A DNA stretch of 20,000 bases from positions 56,166-76,165 of the forward strand of contig JAWLHB010000039.1 of the NCBI GenBank assembly GCA_041690595.1, in the 5' to 3' direction. The position numbers were made by a program, and so were the translations under genes. Positions 17,248 to 20,000 of this stretch are shown in pieces. Origin of the DNA: Lentisphaeria bacterium. Its GTDB lineage: Bacteria; Verrucomicrobiota; Lentisphaeria; JABSQK01; JAWLHB01. Numbering within the stretch: the stretch's first letter is position 1; every line of letters begins with the position of its first letter. Below the pieces are notes generated by a model, which made no database searches, was not told where the DNA came from, and saw only the letters and a program-made list of their open reading frames with translations.

Positions 17248-18414
17248 CTATAAGCGCAGGCAATAGATGCCCCGCATCCCGTCGTGAATCGAGTCCACGG
17301 TAACCACGGAACCCTCGGAATTCCAGCGCGGATGAAGATCGCAGCGGACATCTCCGGGATACTCCTTCGGCTGCACATGGCGGAAACGTCCGATCACCTT
17401 CAGCTCCGCCGTTGCCATGTCGAGCCTCCCCAGTCGTTGTTCACCGTCCACCGAATAGGTGTCCGCGAGCATCCATTTGCCATCAGGGCTGAAGATGAGG
17501 TGCCCCATCGGCCCGAGGCCCGTGCTGATCCGCTCTGCCCGCAGCGGGCGAATCGTCTCGTCAAAGACCACGTACTCACTCCCTTTCCCCTGCCAGTTGG
17601 CATCAATCAGAATCTCATGTGGGCTTCTCCCCCACATCTGGTGCGAAATGCCCTGCCGCCAGTAAAAATCCGGCAGCGTGCAGGCGAGATCCTCACCCGT
17701 CAGCTCAACCGTATACATGTGCGTCTGCCAGGGCCACGGCTCCACCCGCGCATTCACGCAGTGACGCAACAGGAAGAGCAGCTTGGTCGAGTCGCAATTG
17801 AAGATGATATGGTTCAGCCAGGAGTGGCGACCCTCCGTGCAGTGACGCGCCGGATGCCGCTCGAACATCTGCCCATAGCTGACCAGCAGATGGGAAGCCC
17901 CCGTCTGCATATCCACCACAAAGATCCCATCGTTCTCCAGATCGGCGGGCGAGGTATCCAGCACCGCATCCGCATACGAGTAGCCGCGACGCGGGATGCG
18001 CGCAAAGTCCAGGCTGGCCCCCCAGCGCCCATCCGGCGACATCGCATAGATGGGCCGCGAATAGCTGTCCACGATTCCCCCCCCGACCGAGCAGACGCGG
18101 GCCACCATCCGCTTCTCCTCGACATCCCAGTCATTGAAGATGAAGCAATCCGGCCGGTGCGTCAGCCACAGCGTCATGCTGCCCTGCTGATGGCACCAGG
18201 CGCGCGTCGTCGCCAGGCGATGAAAGCTGCCGGTGGCCGCCTCGATCACCCCCACCTCGGCGCTCTCGCCAGGCAGCGGAAGTCGCTCCGCCTGAGGCGC
18301 CTTCAGGGCCAGGTGCAGGCTCTCATCCGCGTTCCACGGGTTCCGGTCGTAGTAGCCAAAGAAATAGTGGCCATCCGAAGGGCTGATCTTCTCCCAGCCG
18401 GGGCTCAGTTCCAT
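17248..18414 (-). CDS. Cytoplasmic beta-propeller protein (TolB/oligogalacturonate-lyase-like), 388 aa
   Basis: HYFFGYYD..PW, SPDG repeats, WLNHIIFN, GHLIFSPDGKWMLADTY and C-terminal RCDLHPRW. AAGGAG lies upstream of ATG 18414. Confidence 0.75.
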   Translation of the reverse strand: MELSPGWEKISPSDGHYFFGYYDRNPWNADESLHLALKAPQAERLPLPGESAEVGVIEAATGSFHRLATTRAWCHQQGSMTLWLTHRPDCFIFNDWDVEEKRMVARVCSVGGGIVDSYSRPIYAMSPDGRWGASLDFARIPRRGYSYADAVLDTSPADLENDGIFVVDMQTGASHLLVSYGQMFERHPARHCTEGRHSWLNHIIFNCDSTKLLFLLRHCVNARVEPWPWQTHMYTVELTGEDLACTLPDFYWRQGISHQMWGRSPHEILIDANWQGKGSEYVVFDETIRPLRAERISTGLGPMGHLIFSPDGKWMLADTYSVDGEQRLGRLDMATAELKVIGRFRHVQPKEYPGDVRCDLHPRWNSEGSVVTVDSIHDGMRGIYCLRL

Positions 18415-18474
18415 GCTTCTGGTGCTCCTTGACGTGTCGCTGTAAATCGGTGACTGGCAAGAGGGTGGGGTGGT

Positions 18475-18508
18475 ATCGAAACGTAACGATTCCCGCACAG
18501 GGTATCAA
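18475..18508 (-). promoter_or_regulatory. Promoter TTGATA-N17-TACGTT overlapped at -10 by a LacI-type imperfect palindrome ATCGAAACGTAACGAT (18475-18490)
   Basis: -35 is at 18503-18508 and -10 at 18480-18485 on the minus strand, about 65 bp upstream of the 18414 start. The palindrome has 12/16 symmetric positions and a central CG flanked by A/T. Confidence 0.55.
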
Positions 18509-18533
18509 CCAGACACCCACTATTTTTCTGTCC

Positions 18534-19460
18534 CGCCTCGCTCCATCCCAAAACCTCGGCCAAAACCTCGGTCGCTCCCGCGCCTCGCTCCATCCCAAAA
18601 CCTCGGCCAAAACCTCGGTCGCTCCCGCGCCTCGCTCCACCCAAAACCTCGGTCAATTCCTCGGTCCCCTTCCCGGGCACGCCACTCGCCTGAGTAGCCT
18701 CCCGCGCCTCGCTCCATCCCAAAACCTCGGTCAAATCCTCGGTCCCCATCCCGGGCACGCCACTCGCCTGAGTGGCACCGGCGTTGGACGTTGCCTTTTC
18801 CCAGCCTCCATCACTCCTCCCGCGCTCCCTGGGCACGCCACTCGCCTGAGTGGCACCGGCGTTGGACGTTGCCTTTTCCCAGCCTCCATCACTCCTCCCG
18901 CGCTCCCCGGGCACGCCACTCGCCTGAGTGGCCTCCCGCGCCTCGCTCCATCCCAAAACCTCGACCAAATCCTCGGTCGCATTCCCGGGCACGCCACTCG
19001 CCTGAGTGGCCTCCCGCGCCTCGCTCCATCCCAAAACCTCGACCAAATCCTCGGTCGCATTCCCGGGCACGCCACTCGCCTGAGTAGCCTCCCGCGCCTC
19101 GCTCCATCCCAAAACCTCGGTCCGGCGGTCGGTCCGGCGATACCACCCACTTGCGTCCGACTCGTCTGACTCGTCCGACTCGCTCACCCCCGCCCAGCCC
19201 GCACATACCAGAAGCCCGGACCGTCCGTCCACCGATTGCTCGGTCAAAACCTCGGCCAAAACCTCGGTCCGGCGGTCGGTCCGGCGATACCACCCACTTG
19301 CGTCCGACTCGTCCGACTCGTCCGACTCGTCCGACCCGCTCACCCCCGCCCAGCCCGCACACCCCAGAAGCCCGGACCGTCCGTCCACCGACTCCTCGGC
19401 CAAAACCTCGGTCAAAACCTCGGTGCCGACCTCCGACTGCTCGGCCAAAACCTCGGTCGA
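18534..19460. repeat. Complex modular repeat array: 47-bp tandem units, six 27-bp hairpin repeats at a 78-bp period, a 147/156-bp duplication, recurring 12-bp CAAAACCTCGGY motif and internal 9-bp microsatellites
   Basis: 47-bp units start at 18534, 18581 and 18628. CCCGGGCACGCCACTCGCCTGAGTRGC starts at 18672, 18750, 18828 (1 mismatch), 18906, 18984 and 19062. The larger duplication starts at 19110 and 19257. Confidence 0.97.
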
Positions 19461-19683
19461 TTCCTCAGTCCCGGCACATCGATACCCCGAACCCCGGCCA
19501 TCCTTCAGCAGCTCCGTCGCTCCTCCCTTCGCGAACGACTCCGAATAACCCGCCCGAAGCGCCGCCTTCTCCCCACAGAAGTTCTTCACATACTCCCCCG
19601 AAAACCGCCACAGCTTCCCCCTAAGCCCACTCATCGCCACTCCCTCCCAAGAGCCTATCAATACCATTCGAAAGATAACTCTA

Positions 19684-19711
19684 ACTATATAACTAATAAC
19701 CCAAAAGTCAA
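19684..19711 (-). promoter_or_regulatory. Near-consensus sigma70 promoter TTGACT-N16-TATAGT driving the terS-like frame
   Basis: -35 is at 19706-19711 and -10 at 19684-19689, in a strongly AT-rich island 50 bp upstream of ATG 19634. Confidence 0.65.
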
Positions 19712-19735
19712 GCTGGCAAGGGAAATAGTCTGCCC

Positions 19736-19797
19736 AAGTGGTGCAGACATTCCCGCCTGCCTGTCAGGAAAGTGGTGCAGACATTCCTGTCTGCCTG
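19736..19797. repeat. REP-like direct doublet (28 bp x2, 34-bp period): GTGG-T-GCAGACA-TTCC-TGTCTGC hairpin
   Basis: aagtggtgcagacattcccgcctgcctg (19736-19763) and aagtggtgcagacattcctgtctgcctg (19770-19797). Each has a 7-bp stem and 4-nt loop preceded by a GTRG-type tetranucleotide. Confidence 0.8.
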
Positions 19798-19901
19798 CAT
19801 ACCTCCCCACATTAAACATCCAAGCTTGCCGAGGTGGCCGCAATCATCCTGATTGCGCAAAAAAGTCTTTGCAAGCATCCATAGTTCCCCCCGCCCCTTC
19901 C

Positions 19902-20000
19902 GCGTCCACTGCGTCCACTGCGTCCACTGCGTCCACTGCGTCCACTGCGTCCACTGCGTCCACTGCGTCCACTGCGTCCACTGCGTCCACTGCGTCCACT
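19902..20000. repeat. Perfect 9-bp tandem repeat (GCGTCCACT) x11, continuing to the window end
   Basis: 99 bp of uninterrupted GCGTCCACT units. Confidence 0.99.

Larger units (their letters stand above)
18405..19634 (-). pseudogene. Orphan phage terminase small subunit-like HTH (first ~47 codons, 19494-19634) reading into repeat-derived low-complexity sequence; truncated remnant or atypical gene
   Basis: LRGKLWRFSGEYVKNFCGEKAALRAGYSESFAKGGATELLKD matches the Terminase_2-type pattern L..KQ.RF..EY....N...AA.RAGYS...A....s.lL. GGGAGGGAG RBS precedes ATG 19634. The rest of the ORF is translated DNA repeats. Confidence 0.65.

Noticed and set aside
18672..19088. Calling the 27-bp repeat/51-bp spacer array a CRISPR
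   Set aside because: Spacers are duplicated (A,B,B,A',A') and built from the same motifs as the flanking repeats, and no cas genes are visible. It is reported as a non-CRISPR array.
18405..19490. Treating the whole 420-aa ORF (and overlapping ORFs 18429..19169, 18731..19150, 18889..19362, 19151..19624) as genuine repeat proteins
   Set aside because: The repeats are stop-poor in several frames. The same DNA unit is read in different frames in the distal part (EVLGWSEA versus RGFGMERG), so openness reflects DNA repeat composition. Only the N-terminal TerS-like part has protein-family support.
19494..19634. Intact prophage
   Set aside because: No large terminase, portal, capsid, tail or integrase genes are recognisable in the window.
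19839..19857. Hairpin CGCAATCA-TCC-TGATTGCG as an intrinsic terminator
   Set aside because: The adjacent A-tract is on the wrong side to give a 3' U-tract on either strand. It may be an operator, but this is unsupported.

Overview
GC-rich bacterial genomic window, mostly accessory carbohydrate-utilisation genes. The gene content (DUF4838-type protein, orphan UroD-family protein, large secreted lyase-like proteins) resembles PVC-group/Lentisphaeria-like organisms, but this is inference only. From left to right: the 3' part of a heparinase II/III-like gene, an intergenic ~80-bp degenerate tandem array, class I fructose-bisphosphate aldolase (fbaB, minus strand), and a hypothetical protein with a CBM-like C-terminus. 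Next come an FAD-dependent oxidoreductase paired with a stand-alone cNMP-binding protein, a secreted DUF4838-like protein, a UroD/MtaA-family protein, and a GntR(UTRA)-amidohydrolase-FucI/AraA-like isomerase operon with a palindromic operator inside its promoter. A convergent minus-strand unit follows (beta-propeller protein, 1179-aa secreted lyase-like protein, conserved hypothetical protein). The last 1.5 kb is the most unusual part. An orphan phage terminase-small-subunit-like HTH reading frame with its own promoter and RBS runs into a ~930-bp modular repeat array, which includes six hairpin repeats at an exact 78-bp period separated by two different, equal-length 51-bp spacer types. Beyond it lie a REP-like doublet and a perfect 9-bp tandem repeat running off the window end. 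The FucI-like protein appears to have lost two canonical metal/catalytic ligands. No rRNA, tRNA, cas genes, transposase or integrase were recognised. All homology calls are by eye from remembered family motifs; no database search was run.
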